Shown here: positions 25,417 to 37,060 of the stretch, in pieces
Position numbering within the stretch: position 1 is the first letter of the stretch
Layout of the letters: every line of letters begins with the position of its first letter
Assembly: GCA_964187785.1 (NCBI GenBank)
Contig: OZ076412.1
Coordinates: 19,716,001-19,780,000, forward strand
Reading direction: 5' to 3'
Source: Amphiscolops sp. MND2022
Taxonomy: Eukaryota
Length of the DNA: 64,000 nucleotides
The notes under the pieces: model-generated
What the model was told of the DNA's origin: nothing
Database searches by the model: none
Seen by the model: the letters and a program-made list of their open reading frames with translations, nothing else
Program-made: the position numbers and the translations under genes

Positions 25417-28400
25417 TTATTTTGTCTCTGAGGAAGGGGTTAGGGAATGGTGATCGAGTCTGCTGGGTTTGAGAAGTCCTACCCTGGACTGCAAGAACCA
25501 ATGATGTTGCAAGGCCCTGCTTGCATCGTACCTGTCTTTTGGGTCTTTGCACAATAACCTCAGACACAGATCCTAAAAAACAAACAAAATACACATCACG
25601 TACAGGCTACCACGATAAAAAACCAGAGCCGCATATGCGGTAAAGGAGTCGGCTTAAGTCTTTTTCCTTCTGACTCGCTTTCGTTCGAATCGTATGAACA
25701 GTTTGTGAAAAAATCGAAAAATGACTGTTTTTTGGCCATTTTTGGGCTAAATTTGGCTATGTTTCTCACATCTCAGCCATACGAATTTAATGAAATTGCA
25801 CATAAAGGACCATAATATGGTGTAGAATGACTGCAGAAAATTTCGTTCGAATCGTATGGACAGTTTTTGAGAAAATCGAAAAAAGTCGAAAAATGGCGGT
25901 TTTTTGGCCATTTTTGGGCTAATTTTGGCTGTTTCTCACAACCCAGTCATACGATTTTGATGCCATTGCGCACGCAGGGGCCGCTTTGGGTGTAGAATGA
26001 CTGTGCAAAATTTTATAAAAATCGTATGGACAGTTTTTGAGAAATTTGAAATTTTCATGAAAAGGTCGGGAGAAAAAAAAACACGATTGCATAAGTAGTC
26101 GAAAATTTTTTCCGACTCCTAAAAAGTAAAAGGAGACTAAAATTTGAAACAAATACCATCAATGCTAAAATACAGCGGGTTACTATCTAAACCAGGAATC
26201 ACTCCAACATTCTTCATAGAATTGAGGTCTGTTAAATTCAGAAACAAATTCTTGAATAGAAGTGGTCCAAGAACAGTACCTCGTGGAACGTCTTGATATA
26301 ATTCAATTCAATCTCAAGTCACCCAATCTAGAACAGCTTTTTGGATTCGCCCTTTGAAATAACTACCGAGACTGCAATAACACGGAAATTTAGGGATTCA
26401 AGTTTTGTAGGAAAATGTCATGAGAAAGAGTTAAAATAGAGACAAAGACAACTTTGGTCGAGATGAGAGCATTGAAAGCCAAAGAAAGTTATTTAATTTC
26501 GACTTCCTGGAAAAGTTTAGAACATCGAAGAGAAAATGCCAGCCGAAGATATGTAACCATTTGATTGTTCACCTGAAAACGGGATTATATAACAGTTCAG
26601 CCGTTACATAAGTACAACGAAACCTTCAGTAGTAACAAATCTAAAAAAACGACTACTCAAGACGGGAAACGTGTAGAGTTCTAAAGCAAACGTTCACAGG
26701 GGAATGCGGTTTGAGGTATTTTCTGGATAAGAAATTCCGCAATTTAGCCTACTTTTTCGAATGAAGTCCGGGTCTGAAAATTGCCAAAGAGGAAGGACAA
26801 TTCAGAATTGTTCGTCAATGCAATACCTTTCTCACATTTCAAAACCTACCGTGACCGAATTGATGCTTGGAGCTTTCTGAAGTGAAGTCACTCCAAGACT
26901 ACATTGACACTCTCTCCCTGTCCATTTCCAAAAAAATAAAACGGCTTTCAAGTTCAGCACATGACGAACCGATAAAACTCGATACTGAAACCTAAAATCG
27001 TGTGCTGAATCCATTTTATATCAATTAAGAATGTCCTGATTCCCCGATTTACTTGTTCTTCCGGAGTCGAAAAGGGGCTTTGCGAAATGCCGTTCAAAAG
27101 TACAGAAAAGTAATGCAAATGGCTGAATCATCAATCAAGTCTCAGAGAGCAACTCAACTCTTCCAGAGATGACAGGCATTGGATAACGAACAGTGAATAT
27201 TTTTACTTCAATGCCATGATACAAACAAGCATCACATAAAATGCAAATTTCCCGATGGTCAAACTCCTTCTACTTCGACCACATACAGAACAAGACGCCG
27301 GCTAAGCACCGGGATATTTTCCGCCTTCACCAAGTGAGCCATAGCTATTTTGGGAGAGGGGAATAGGATCTAGAGAATAAAATCGAAAATTTAGTGATTT
27401 TAGATCTTATTCCCTTTAGATATTATTCCCGTCCTGAAATTTTAGATCTTATTACCTTTAGATCATATTCCCATTTTGACTTTAGATATCATTCATACCT
27501 CTAAGCGGTTTTAGTTACTTGACTATTTTAGTTACTAAGTGAAGTGAGAGAGCGTAGGGAAGAGTGAAGAGACGAGTTATGGCAGAATTTGGAAAAAAGC
27601 GCAACACAGATCATGATTTTCCTCCCCCATTTATGTGGGCGGAAAATAACAAATATCTAGCTTCTTTGGATCAATGTGACTGTAGTTATTTAGAATGGAA
27701 AGTTCTGGGTACCTGTGCGGCTTGTGATGTCTTTCCCTGTGCGTTGAACTTGGGCGTGTCGGTGAGGATTGAGTCTACTAGGCTCTTGCCTCTTGGCATG
27801 TCCTCTCGGGAGTAGAAGGGATACTGACTCTGTAGCAGACAGAATAGCACCACTCCTGCGGACCAGCAGTCAACCTACAAAACAACACACCGTCGAAGAA
27901 CTAACACACAGTTTCATTCCACTCACTCAACGAATTCAATTCCAGAGACCATTACAATTAAATACCACCATTTGTCCAACGACCATTTGTTATATATCTT
28001 GAATTATTGTAGCACATTTTTTCTCGGATACTGATGCAAATCAGACGACGAGTCTTGGTTCACAACATAACCTATAAATTTAATCTAATGTCGAAGAGTG
28101 TATGAATCATTCCCACGTCATATTTTCGGGCTAAAATTCATTGAACATTTCCGGCAAAATTCATTTATTAACATTTCTCAAAAAATCAATCACTGAATTT
28201 CATGAAAGTGCCACTGGTAAGCAGTGATGGGTTATTTTTAACAAGCGCGTTATTAACAGTGTTATTAACAATGTTAATAACACGTGTTATAAATACATGT
28301 TAGAAATGATTGTTAGAAATTAACCGATCAAATCTAATATTGAACAATTTATTGTGAGAACAACCCCAAAAATGACAAAATCGTTCGACTTAGATGTTGG

Positions 28401-31400
28401 CAAGTTTTTCCTATCATCGAATACAAACTTTGCAGTTGCGGAAAATTCCCATTTTAAACAATTGATGCAGTGATGATCATATTATAGTATTCTATTATAG
28501 ACTATAATAGTAAAACTATAATTAAAGCTATAATCAATCGTTGCGCTATTAATAGCGAATTCTATTATAGAATGCTATAATCAGAATTATAGCGTCTGTT
28601 ACCATTGAGAGACCGAGACTAAATATTGAGAAAGATGATGTCATTGTCTGAAGCAAAATGCTTTGCAACCAGTGTGCGTTGGTTTGTGTAAACATTGTCT
28701 TAGTTCACAAATCGTCAAAAACAAGCAAATAACCAGCCGTTATTTTGGTGATAACCACGATTAATTTCACGTATTTGTGTGTGTATGAACAGTACGAATA
28801 AATAAAACAGTTTCTTTTCAGATACATGGCTCCCAGTAAATCCGCAAAACGCCTCAAGCTTGACCAGGCTTTTACAAAAGTGGACCGAGAAAACTTCTAC
28901 CGATGCAAATTATGTTCCAAAGATCTAGAGGGACTTAAAGATATTAACTTTGTTACCGGCGCCACACGTCATATTGATTCCAAGCACTCCTCCTTTTGGA
29001 AAGATGATTCTACACAGAGTGTAATTTCGTTCAATGGCAACGTTACTGATCGCAGAGAACACCAGAGACTTAACGCTGCCTTTCAATTTGCCAAAACGAG
29101 CCTCCCTATCAATATTTTTCGGGATGAGTCTTGTAGAAAATTTTTATCAACGCTGCAACAATTACCTTCTCTACCGGATTATCGTACAGTGCAAAATGAT
29201 CTGAGATCACTTGAAAAGAAGAGCTTGGACAGATTGAAAGATGCAACCCATTATGGGGTTCAACTAGATCATTGGACAGATTTTAATCGTAACTCTATTC
29301 TTGTCGTTATTGTATCTTTTATAACTGACTCTTTTATACATGTCGTTCAAGTTATCGACTTTAAAGTTGTTCCATCCCAGAAAGCACTCGTTACAGCAAA
29401 TACTCTAGAACAATGTCTCCGAGATAACCAATTGGATCCTAAAATGTGCCTGGCTTATCAGTCTGACAATTGCAATGCAATGATAGCTTCATGTAAAATA
29501 TTTCAAAAAAATGTTTTCGAAGATCACGAAGCAGTTGAAACAGACGAAATCGAAGACATATCCGAAGAATGTTTCACTGTTGCCGGCGAAGAGACCGTTG
29601 CTGTTGACATGGAATCTATCGGTGGCAATTTTGTTGGATGTGGGGCCCATAGATTAAATCTGATTTTGACAGAAGCAACTTCAAATTGCCAATTTTTCAA
29701 ACAAATAAACTGCTTCTGCAAAATTGCCAAAGGGCCAAATTTATCAGACACTAGATGGTACGGACATTATAACCAAGTCGCATTTGCCAAGAAAAACCAA
29801 ACCAAACTTCAAGAAGTTCGCAACACGAATTATTTGACGTATTCCGAGTTAGACGAGAAGGCAGTCAACGACATGCACGAGGTTTTGACCAAGTTGAAAA
29901 TGGTGGGGAAATGTTTTGAGAGCCAATCGCCAATAACGGATACTATTGTTAATACAGTTAAAAAATTGAACATGGCATTGAATAATGTATCAAGAATGGA
30001 CTCAATCCATCAAACTGTAAGAAATTTCTGCGTATTGGTCGTTAGTTATATGGGCAAAGAAAGAAGATTTAAATGTTTCCCTGATGTTCTTTATGGCGCA
30101 GCGCTTTTAAATCCATCAAAGCTTGCTCGTTCTAAGCTCACCGTCAACGAAAACGAAAAGGGTTATTTGTATCTTAAAACATTAGCTGACAGCCATCAAA
30201 TGGTAATACATCAGGCAGAGGAATCCGATCCCGAACAAGTTCCAGAAATAAGCGATTTAGACAAAGCATTCGAAATTCAAACGGAAGCAGAAACTAGTTT
30301 GACTCTAAAAAAGTTCGGCGAAGAATACAGAAAATTTCAAGACACCGTAAACAGTGATGACACCGCATTTGAGTTTATCAAAAATGCAAGACAAGAATGG
30401 CCATTTCTTTCTAAGCTGGCCCAATATGTTCTTGGTGTATTGCCTTCGCCAGCTGTTGCAGAAAGAGTTTTTTCTAAAGCAGGTTACTTGTCGGCTGGAC
30501 GACGGAACCGAATCTTGACAGAAAATGTTAAAACCCGTTTAATTGTGCAGTGCAATGCCACATAATTTATTTCGAATAAAATATTCGATTCTCCCAGTTT
30601 TGTTTTAATAACACTATTATAGAATACTATTATTGATTGATTATAGCAAATACTATAATAAATACTATAATCATTGATTATAGGATCATCACTGAATTGA
30701 TGGAGAAACTTCACCGCCGAATGTCGTTACAACTAAAATGCTGCACAAATTCAGTTAATTTTTCAATTGATATTTGTGAAAAATCTTTAACAAAGGTGTT
30801 AACATGTTTTCAACATTTTTAACGTTAGAAATGAAAATTTTGTGTTAGAAATCCATCACTGCTGGCAAGTGGTGATGACATCTTGCATTCTCATTTGGAA
30901 ATAGGCGAAGCGCTCAACGAACGATTAATTAGTAAACATTTGTTCGCTTTATACCAGCGTTTTGACATAGCTTATTTTTCCGCTAATCGCTAAACCGCTA
31001 ATTTGAAAGTCGCTTTTTCGCTGAACAAATTTTCTTCAAACTATTAAACAGTTTGACTTCAAAGTATACTTCAAAATTAGATGATAACTTGATTCAGTTT
31101 TTCAAATTTTACTACTGAGTGGGTTTTACCAAGGTAAGAGTTGAAATTTTTCAAAATTCATTTTGAAACCCGGTGTATACTTTCAGGAAAATTGATTTTG
31201 AACATTCTATTAGTTGCCGCTAATTTGAATCCTTTATGAAATCGCTGAAAAATTCATGCGCGGCCGCTAATTAGCTGATTAGCGGTGTCAAAACGCTGCT
31301 TTATGCCAAAGAAAGTTCCTCATAGCTGATGATAGAGTAAGATGAGCAATTAGATGATGATTCGAAACCGTGCTGAACAATTGCAAAGTTATTGTCTGAA

Positions 31401-34400
31401 AAAATCATTTTGGTGTTTCAGCAATTATCCAGGTTAGGCATAATTATCTTTAATATTATTAACTTTTCTAACCTTCTCGGTATACTTCTGTCTCAGCTGG
31501 TAGGCCTTGATGATTTCGGGCGCTAAATAATACATGGTGCCGCAGTAGGTCTTGGCTTGACTTCTGTCCACTGTCTTGGATAGACCAAAGTCTGCCAACT
31601 TCACTACAATCTGAATCAACAATAATACATGTAAACACTTGTTAGTATTCAAAACATTTCCAACAAACGCAAAGCACAAACGGTTTCCATGACACCCCCT
31701 CTGCAATAAATGTGCCAAAGAAAACAAATATGGAAGTAAATGTGAAACCTATGTGCTTTGCGTTTGTTGGAAATGTTTTGAATACAAGAATGTGACATCT
31801 TGAGAGATTCATTTCATCATGACCAGGCTTGTTACGGAATTGTACTATACTGGAATGCTCGGGGTGATTCATACGTATGTTCTGGAAAATCGGAGTGTCG
31901 AAAATTATCCGAAGGAGCCCTATAGGCTCGAAAAAATCTCCCAACTGAAAACTCAAAGGGGAGACCCTTGTGATCTCGTCTAGCTTTGTAAAAAGCAAAA
32001 AACCACTGAGTTGGTCCTAACGCAGGATTCAAAAAGGCGTGGAGAAACCTGTTGAAATAAAAAAAATTGGTAAACTGAAAACACCAATGATTTTGATGAA
32101 AACTTGTTAGGGTCAACGTTTAGACTTTGACGTATGCCTGCAAACATGTTTGAACGAAGTCATGCTCTGCTGCGTTTGAATATCAGAGACCTGTGTTATT
32201 GTGAAATTTTTCTTACATTATTGGCCAACCTGGTGCTTTAACCCTAAATGGACGATTGGGTCGAATTCGTACCAATTAGTTTCTGCAAACTTCTGAAGGC
32301 ATTGAACGTATGGAAAAGAAAACTCTTGAATACAATTTTTGGACAATATTACATAGCATTGCACGCATTTTCACGAATTATTGACTTGATGTCTCTGAAA
32401 TCAAGAAACCGTGACCAAAAAAAATCTATGAAAAAAACTGAATGCAGATTTTTGATTTTTTCTGTTTCCGTTTGTGACAACTTTATCCCACCCGTGTCAA
32501 GGTTGGGTAATAGCGACCCTAGCATAATTTGAAACGTACCGAATTGCAGTCAGAGACACGAGGCGTGTAAGGTTTTGGCGCAAAGTCCGGAGCCAGTGCC
32601 CCGCTGTTCAAAAATCATATTGAAAGCCCTGGTTTCGTCTTCTATAAAACGCGCTATGAATCGTGTGTCGGGCTCGAATAGTTTAGAAGATATTGTGGTT
32701 TAAAGTTTAAGCAGATTTTTGGATGGCTTCGGAAATTTCCTCGTCCATTTAGAGTTAAAGCTTAACAACCCTGGTCATGGCAACCCTGGGGGAGGGCGAA
32801 TACGCGGCCGTTGTTTACTAACCGAAGGAGTCTTCTGGGCGACCAGAATGTTTTCCAGCTTGAGGTCTCTGTGTATTATTTGATTGCAATGCAGGAAATT
32901 CAGCGCGACTAGTACCTGTTCCATGCAAGTCTTGCTGTAGTGCTCTGGCATTAAGACTTGAGATCGCACCAGAGAGGCCAGATCTTCCAGGCAGAGTTCC
33001 ATAATTATTAGCACCTGTTCCAACCAAAAACTATCTAGATAAAGCAGGGTTTTGACATCGCTAACTTTTCCCGCTAATTTAAAAGTCGCTGTTCCGTTGT
33101 TCCTGTTAACTGTTCGACTTCCAATTTCTTTCAAAAATGAATGATAACCTCATCTAGTTTTGCAAGAATAAACTGGATTTTTTAAAACCGGTTAAAATTT
33201 TTTGGAACGAAATTTGGTTGATTTTTTTTTCGAAAGACAATTAAAATTTGGACAGTAGACTAGTTACCGCTAATTCGCTAAATAGCTAATTAGCGGTGTG
33301 AAAACTCTGTGATTGGGATAAAGTAAACCTTGAAAAAGAAGCTTCAACAGTTAGAAATCAAAAATGGTTACTTTGAAACGTTTGTTTCATGATGAACGAA
33401 ATATCATTCATGAAAGTTTATTTGTTGACACAAAATGATTATGGATTTCCAATATTCAGATGTGTATGTAAAAACCATACATCGTACCTGGTGCTACCCC
33501 AGAAACAATCAATGATAACTATTTTTAAAATTGAGCTCGACGAGACTTGAATTGTTGACAGTTCATCTGTAACCAGGGGAACAGTTTTTAGACTTTAGAA
33601 GTTGACAATTTCTTGACGTTCAATATTCGAACAAAACACCGCACCTTCTCGGGTCGGTCGAAGACATCGTGCATTTTCACAATATGTGGATGTTGCAACT
33701 CAGAGAGCTTGCGCAAAATCTCCACCTCCCTCTTGATGATGACGTCATTTGCAGTACCAACGCACTTCTCGTCTTTTTGTTGAGAGGTCACTGAAATAAC
33801 GTGTTTGAAGCACCAACAATTATCGTCAAGCATATATAAAAGCTTCAACAACGAACGAACCGAAGTTGAACAAGGGATTATTTTGTGGACTAATTGAAAT
33901 TGAAGAGAAATACCGTAAATAGAGAACCAGAGCCGCATGCGCGGTAATGGAGTCGGAAACGGATTAAAAAATTGAAAAACAAATTGTCTACTTTATTGTC
34001 ATTTAGTCATTTTTGGCTGTTTCTCAGATCCCACTCATTCGATTTTGATGTCATTCCCCACAAAGGACCCTAATATGGTGTGGAATGATTGTGAAAAATT
34101 CGTTCAAATCGTATGGACAGGTTTTAAGAAAACCGAAAAAGTCCGAAAATAGCTGTTTTTTGGTCATTTTTGGCTAGGTTTCTCAGATCCCAGGCATACA
34201 ATTTTAATGTCATTGCGCACACAGGAGTGCAGAATTACTGTGCAAAATTTTATAAAAATCGTCAGGACAGTTTTTGAGAAATTCCAATATTTCATTGAAA
34301 GGTCGAGAGGAAAAAAAACACGATTGCATAAGTAGTCAGTTTTTCGCGACTCCTAAAAATTAGGACATTTAATCATTCAACAGAACTCCACGAAACAATC

Positions 34401-35625
34401 AACAGTTACGTAGGTAGGCCTGTAAAGGAGAAATGCAAATCTTGACTTACAAGTCTGCTTGGCAATAACTTTCATGGCCATGGGTTTGCCATCATGCACC
34501 CGAAAGCACCTGTGCACAGTGCCCAGGCCCCCGCTGCCCAACTTGCGACCTGTGACGTACTCTCTGGCTACTCTCTCATCGTCCAGGGCATCCCTGTTGA
34601 TGAAACAGTAACTCAGTGTACTCTGCAGACCCATCGAGATCTCCATCCCGCTCTCGAGAACCTGGAAAAAATCACGTTGATAGCAAACCTCAGCAGGGTA
34701 AAAAAAGCACCGACACCTTAATCTGTTTCCAGGAGTCTGAGCTCTGACTAGACGTTTTCGATTCCAACTGTAGAAACCAGAGCCGCATGTGTGGTAAAGG
34801 AGTCGGAAACAGATAAAAATATTGAAGAACAAATTACGTCATTTGGTCTTTTTGGCACCTTTGGGCTTAATTTTGTCAAAATCGTATGGTCAGTTTTTGA
34901 GAAAATTGAATTTTTTCCGACTACTAAAAACAAGTCACTAGTTTCAAAAATCACCGAAAGTTCTGCTTTTTATGTGATGTGGGTCATTTGAAAAAAAATC
35001 TCAACAAAAATATTGAATATTCACACACTCACCGTGTCAGATTCTTTCGGTAGCTTCTTTCTATTGATGAACAGACCGTTCGTGCTGCAATCTGAAATGC
35101 AATTTTAATTCAATTTGAAAACTCAAGTTCGATCAAAAACTTCATTCCATTCACAAAACTAGCTTTTACACACAACCGAGAGGCCTGTTTTCTTGACAAT
35201 TGATTCTTTGCAAAAAAGAATTTACTACCTACTTCTTTAACTTAAAATTCAATGGGATGGAAAATTCGACTGACTGTTAGCCTTGCATTAGGGGACTCTT
35301 CCATATCATTCCCGTACTACTAGCCCGAGGCCGTCATTATATATGGGGATTACTACTATTCTGAAAAAGCTACGACTAGCATTATACCTCGAATGATCCA
35401 CGAGTTAGCAAGGACTGGTCCATTTTTGACAATGAAATGCGTCTTGGAAAGGAACCGCATCTCCTGGTCAGGAAAAGGGGGATTGCGAGGGTCGAAGGAC
35501 TTCCTGCCCACTTGGTAGACTTCGCCATTTTTGAGTTCAATTTTGGCTAATTTGGCACTCATGGGGTAAAGGACTGCCGGCAGGTGGTCCAAGTAGGGCA
35601 CATCATCATCCACAGAATCAGTCAC
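25417..35625 (-). CDS. CHEK2: FHA-domain serine/threonine kinase, CHK2-like, 8 exons
   Basis: Exons (minus): 35625(or ATG 35562)-35388, 35091-35033, 34661-34451, 33790-33645, 33014-32823, 31610-31473, 27874-27713, 25572-25417. All seven introns between them are GT-AG with consistent phases. Motifs: FHA (YQVGRK, FLSKTHF, RDCSTNGLFIN), LGSGGLGTV, MAMK, REVEIL, HRDLKLEN, DFG...TYCGTMYYLAPE, VDCWSAGV, DLCLRLLCKDPKDRYDASRALQHHW. The symbol is a family-level call; orthology not tested. Confidence 0.85.
25621..26125 (+). mobile_element. HINE-like non-autonomous element, family B (kinase intron 7)
   Basis: 5' AACCAGAGCCGCAT.YGYGGTAA.GGAGTCGG, 3' CCGACTCCTAAAAA preceded by a hairpin; subterminal IR GGAGTCGG/CCGACTCC; internal ~175-bp tandem units; other copies at 33925 and 34774. 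Confidence 0.65.
26170..26480 (-). pseudogene. Non-LTR retrotransposon (LINE) reverse transcriptase fragment
   Basis: 26292-26254 translates DVPRGTVLGPLLF (LINE RT motif GVPQGSVLGPLLF), with upstream PTKLESLNFRVI. Confidence 0.7.
27290..27649 (+). mobile_element. HINE-like element family A, complete short copy (kinase intron 7)
   Basis: Both termini match 3566-4327; perfect subterminal IR ATTTTCCGCC (27316) / GGCGGAAAAT (27638); internal TTTAGATC repeats. Confidence 0.6.
28222..30861 (+). mobile_element. Full-length hAT DNA transposon in kinase intron 6
   Basis: TIR CAGTGATGG(G/A)TT at both ends; 8-bp TSD CTGGTAAG (28214-21) / CTGGCAAG (30862-69); subterminal CTATAAT/ATTATAG arrays at ~28490-28590 and ~30610-30685; intact transposase ORF. 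Confidence 0.93.
28826..30565 (+). CDS. hAT-family transposase (BED zinc finger, DDE, C-terminal dimerisation domain), 579 aa
   Basis: YRCKLC...HIDSKH (BED finger); QLDHW and QSDNC (catalytic Asp motifs); CGAH (CxxH); TRW; WPFLSKLAQYVLGVLPSPAVAERVFS (catalytic Glu and dimerisation motif). No stops. Confidence 0.93.
   Translation: MAPSKSAKRLKLDQAFTKVDRENFYRCKLCSKDLEGLKDINFVTGATRHIDSKHSSFWKDDSTQSVISFNGNVTDRREHQRLNAAFQFAKTSLPINIFRDESCRKFLSTLQQLPSLPDYRTVQNDLRSLEKKSLDRLKDATHYGVQLDHWTDFNRNSILVVIVSFITDSFIHVVQVIDFKVVPSQKALVTANTLEQCLRDNQLDPKMCLAYQSDNCNAMIASCKIFQKNVFEDHEAVETDEIEDISEECFTVAGEETVAVDMESIGGNFVGCGAHRLNLILTEATSNCQFFKQINCFCKIAKGPNLSDTRWYGHYNQVAFAKKNQTKLQEVRNTNYLTYSELDEKAVNDMHEVLTKLKMVGKCFESQSPITDTIVNTVKKLNMALNNVSRMDSIHQTVRNFCVLVVSYMGKERRFKCFPDVLYGAALLNPSKLARSKLTVNENEKGYLYLKTLADSHQMVIHQAEESDPEQVPEISDLDKAFEIQTEAETSLTLKKFGEEYRKFQDTVNSDDTAFEFIKNARQEWPFLSKLAQYVLGVLPSPAVAERVFSKAGYLSAGRRNRILTENVKTRLIVQCNAT
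30955..31298. mobile_element. hAT-type MITE (kinase intron 6)
   Basis: Perfect 13-bp TIR CAGCGTTTTGACA / TGTCAAAACGCTG; 8-bp TSD CTTTATAC / CTTTATGC; internal GCTAA repeats. Confidence 0.8.
31645..31785. repeat. 34-bp perfect inverted repeat (kinase intron 5)
   Basis: GTATTCAAAACATTTCCAACAAACGCAAAGCACA (31645-78) and its exact reverse complement (31752-85). Confidence 0.9.
33045..33309. mobile_element. Older copy of the hAT-type MITE (kinase intron 4)
   Basis: Ends CAGGGTTTTGACA / TGTGAAAACTCTG; interior shares CCGCTAATTT.AAAGTCGCT and GCTAATTAGC with 30955-31298; TSD not recognisable. Confidence 0.6.
33925..34359 (+). mobile_element. HINE-like family B copy (kinase intron 3)
   Basis: Same termini and internal unit as 25621-26125. 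Confidence 0.65.
34774..34930 (+). mobile_element. HINE-like family B, internally deleted copy (kinase intron 2)
   Basis: AAACCAGAGCCGCATGTGTGGTAAAGGAGTCGG ... TTTTCCGACTACTAAAAA. Confidence 0.6.
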
Positions 35626-37060
35626 CTTTAACAGTCAAAATCTGCAGGTCCAATGAATCATAGTGCGAATAAAACAAGAGATCGAACAAACTACTCTCAT
35701 ATTTTCTCTCGCAAAATTTATCCAGTTGATGTCATACGCAATGCAGCCAAGGGTTCCAGAAATGATTACAGTGAAATGAAAGTTCATTCTTACTCATGAA
35801 AAAATATTGCCAATTAGCGGTAATTTCGAAATATCACTACCAGGTTCTAAAATTTCAAAAACATATCAAGGCAACAATGTTAGATTCTTCCACATACTTC
35901 CATTTTTTGAGACAGTATATTCCACGGAGTAACAAACAACCCCTTTTAATGATACATTTCATTCATCACTAACAATGTTCAGTGAAAAAAGTCCACATAG
36001 TAACAGATAGGCATCATTTTTCCATTCCTGGAACAAAAACAATTCACTCTCTAAAAATTGAACCTCATTCCAAAAGTCGGAAACAATTGATCAAAAAATT
36101 GTTCTCCAATCATTATTTTACCTGTTCTCCAATCATTATTCTCCTTTCATTTTACATCATGTGTCTCAGGGCGCATTAATTACTGTATCTACAGTTTCTC
36201 ATCGAGTGATAAATACGAAGTCAAATCAAATCATAATTTTTGGTCCCTATTACTATTTCACGAGTCCTCCATACTTTGCACTATTCTCCTTTCATGTTTA
36301 GATTCATAGGCTGGTGATCATTTTCTCAATGACTACGAAGACTGTGCATAAAATTTGTGGTTTTTCACAAATTACAATTCCTACGGAAGAAAAAGCCTGT
36401 GAAATAGTTGATACCAACTGGAACAGTTGACGGCCAATCCGTGTCTTGACTGCTTTGAGGGCATTGGTAACTTGTGTTATTCGCGTTTTCATCCAAGGTG
36501 ACTTTTGAGGCAGGAAAACTGGTTGATTTTACAGGCGAGTCTTTTTTTGCCTCACAAACTTCAGTAGATAGAGACCAATGTCTTTTCATAACAACTGAAA
36601 TTATACTGTTCACAATAGCTGAAGAAACACAATAGCCTTCGACAAAAACTCTTTCATTCACAGAGACGAAGCAACACGTTGTATATTCTAAGTAATACTA
36701 CTCCAACGGTAAAATCTGAAAAAAAATAAACGAGAGTAATGGTAACAAGCTTTTCGATTTGATAAATCATCATTAGTTGCATTAAAACACATTTACGAAA
36801 GATGAAAAAGAAAATAGGTAGAACATCTAAAAATAAATATAAAAAGAGTGACGAATGACATCAAACTAAAAAGCTACATATTGAGAACAATGAGAAAGGG
36901 CGGAGAGCGTCACGTGCTGGGGTTTGTTAACACAATTCACCAGAATTTGAAATTCACTGTTGAGGTCGAAGATTCTGTTAGGCGGCTTCTCTTCTGGACC
37001 TAAACTTGTCGAGCAGTATTGGTGAAATCGAATCATCGTGGTACAGTCGACTGATACAGG

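Noticed and set aside
31296-31392. Acceptor-like TTTTTCAG giving a premature terminal exon (TITLQLFSTV...) for the kinase
   Set aside because: Lacks kinase subdomains IX-XI, which are present in phase at 27874-27713 and 25572-25417; it also overlaps a MITE end.
34377-34832. 151-aa ORF taken as a single exon
   Set aside because: Only 34661-34451 is exon; the 5' part reads through a HINE-like repeat and the 3' part through intron.
36304-36715. Acceptor plus ORFs upstream of the kinase as extra 5' exons
   Set aside because: All three frames from the acceptor hit stops before any usable donor; could not be joined in phase.
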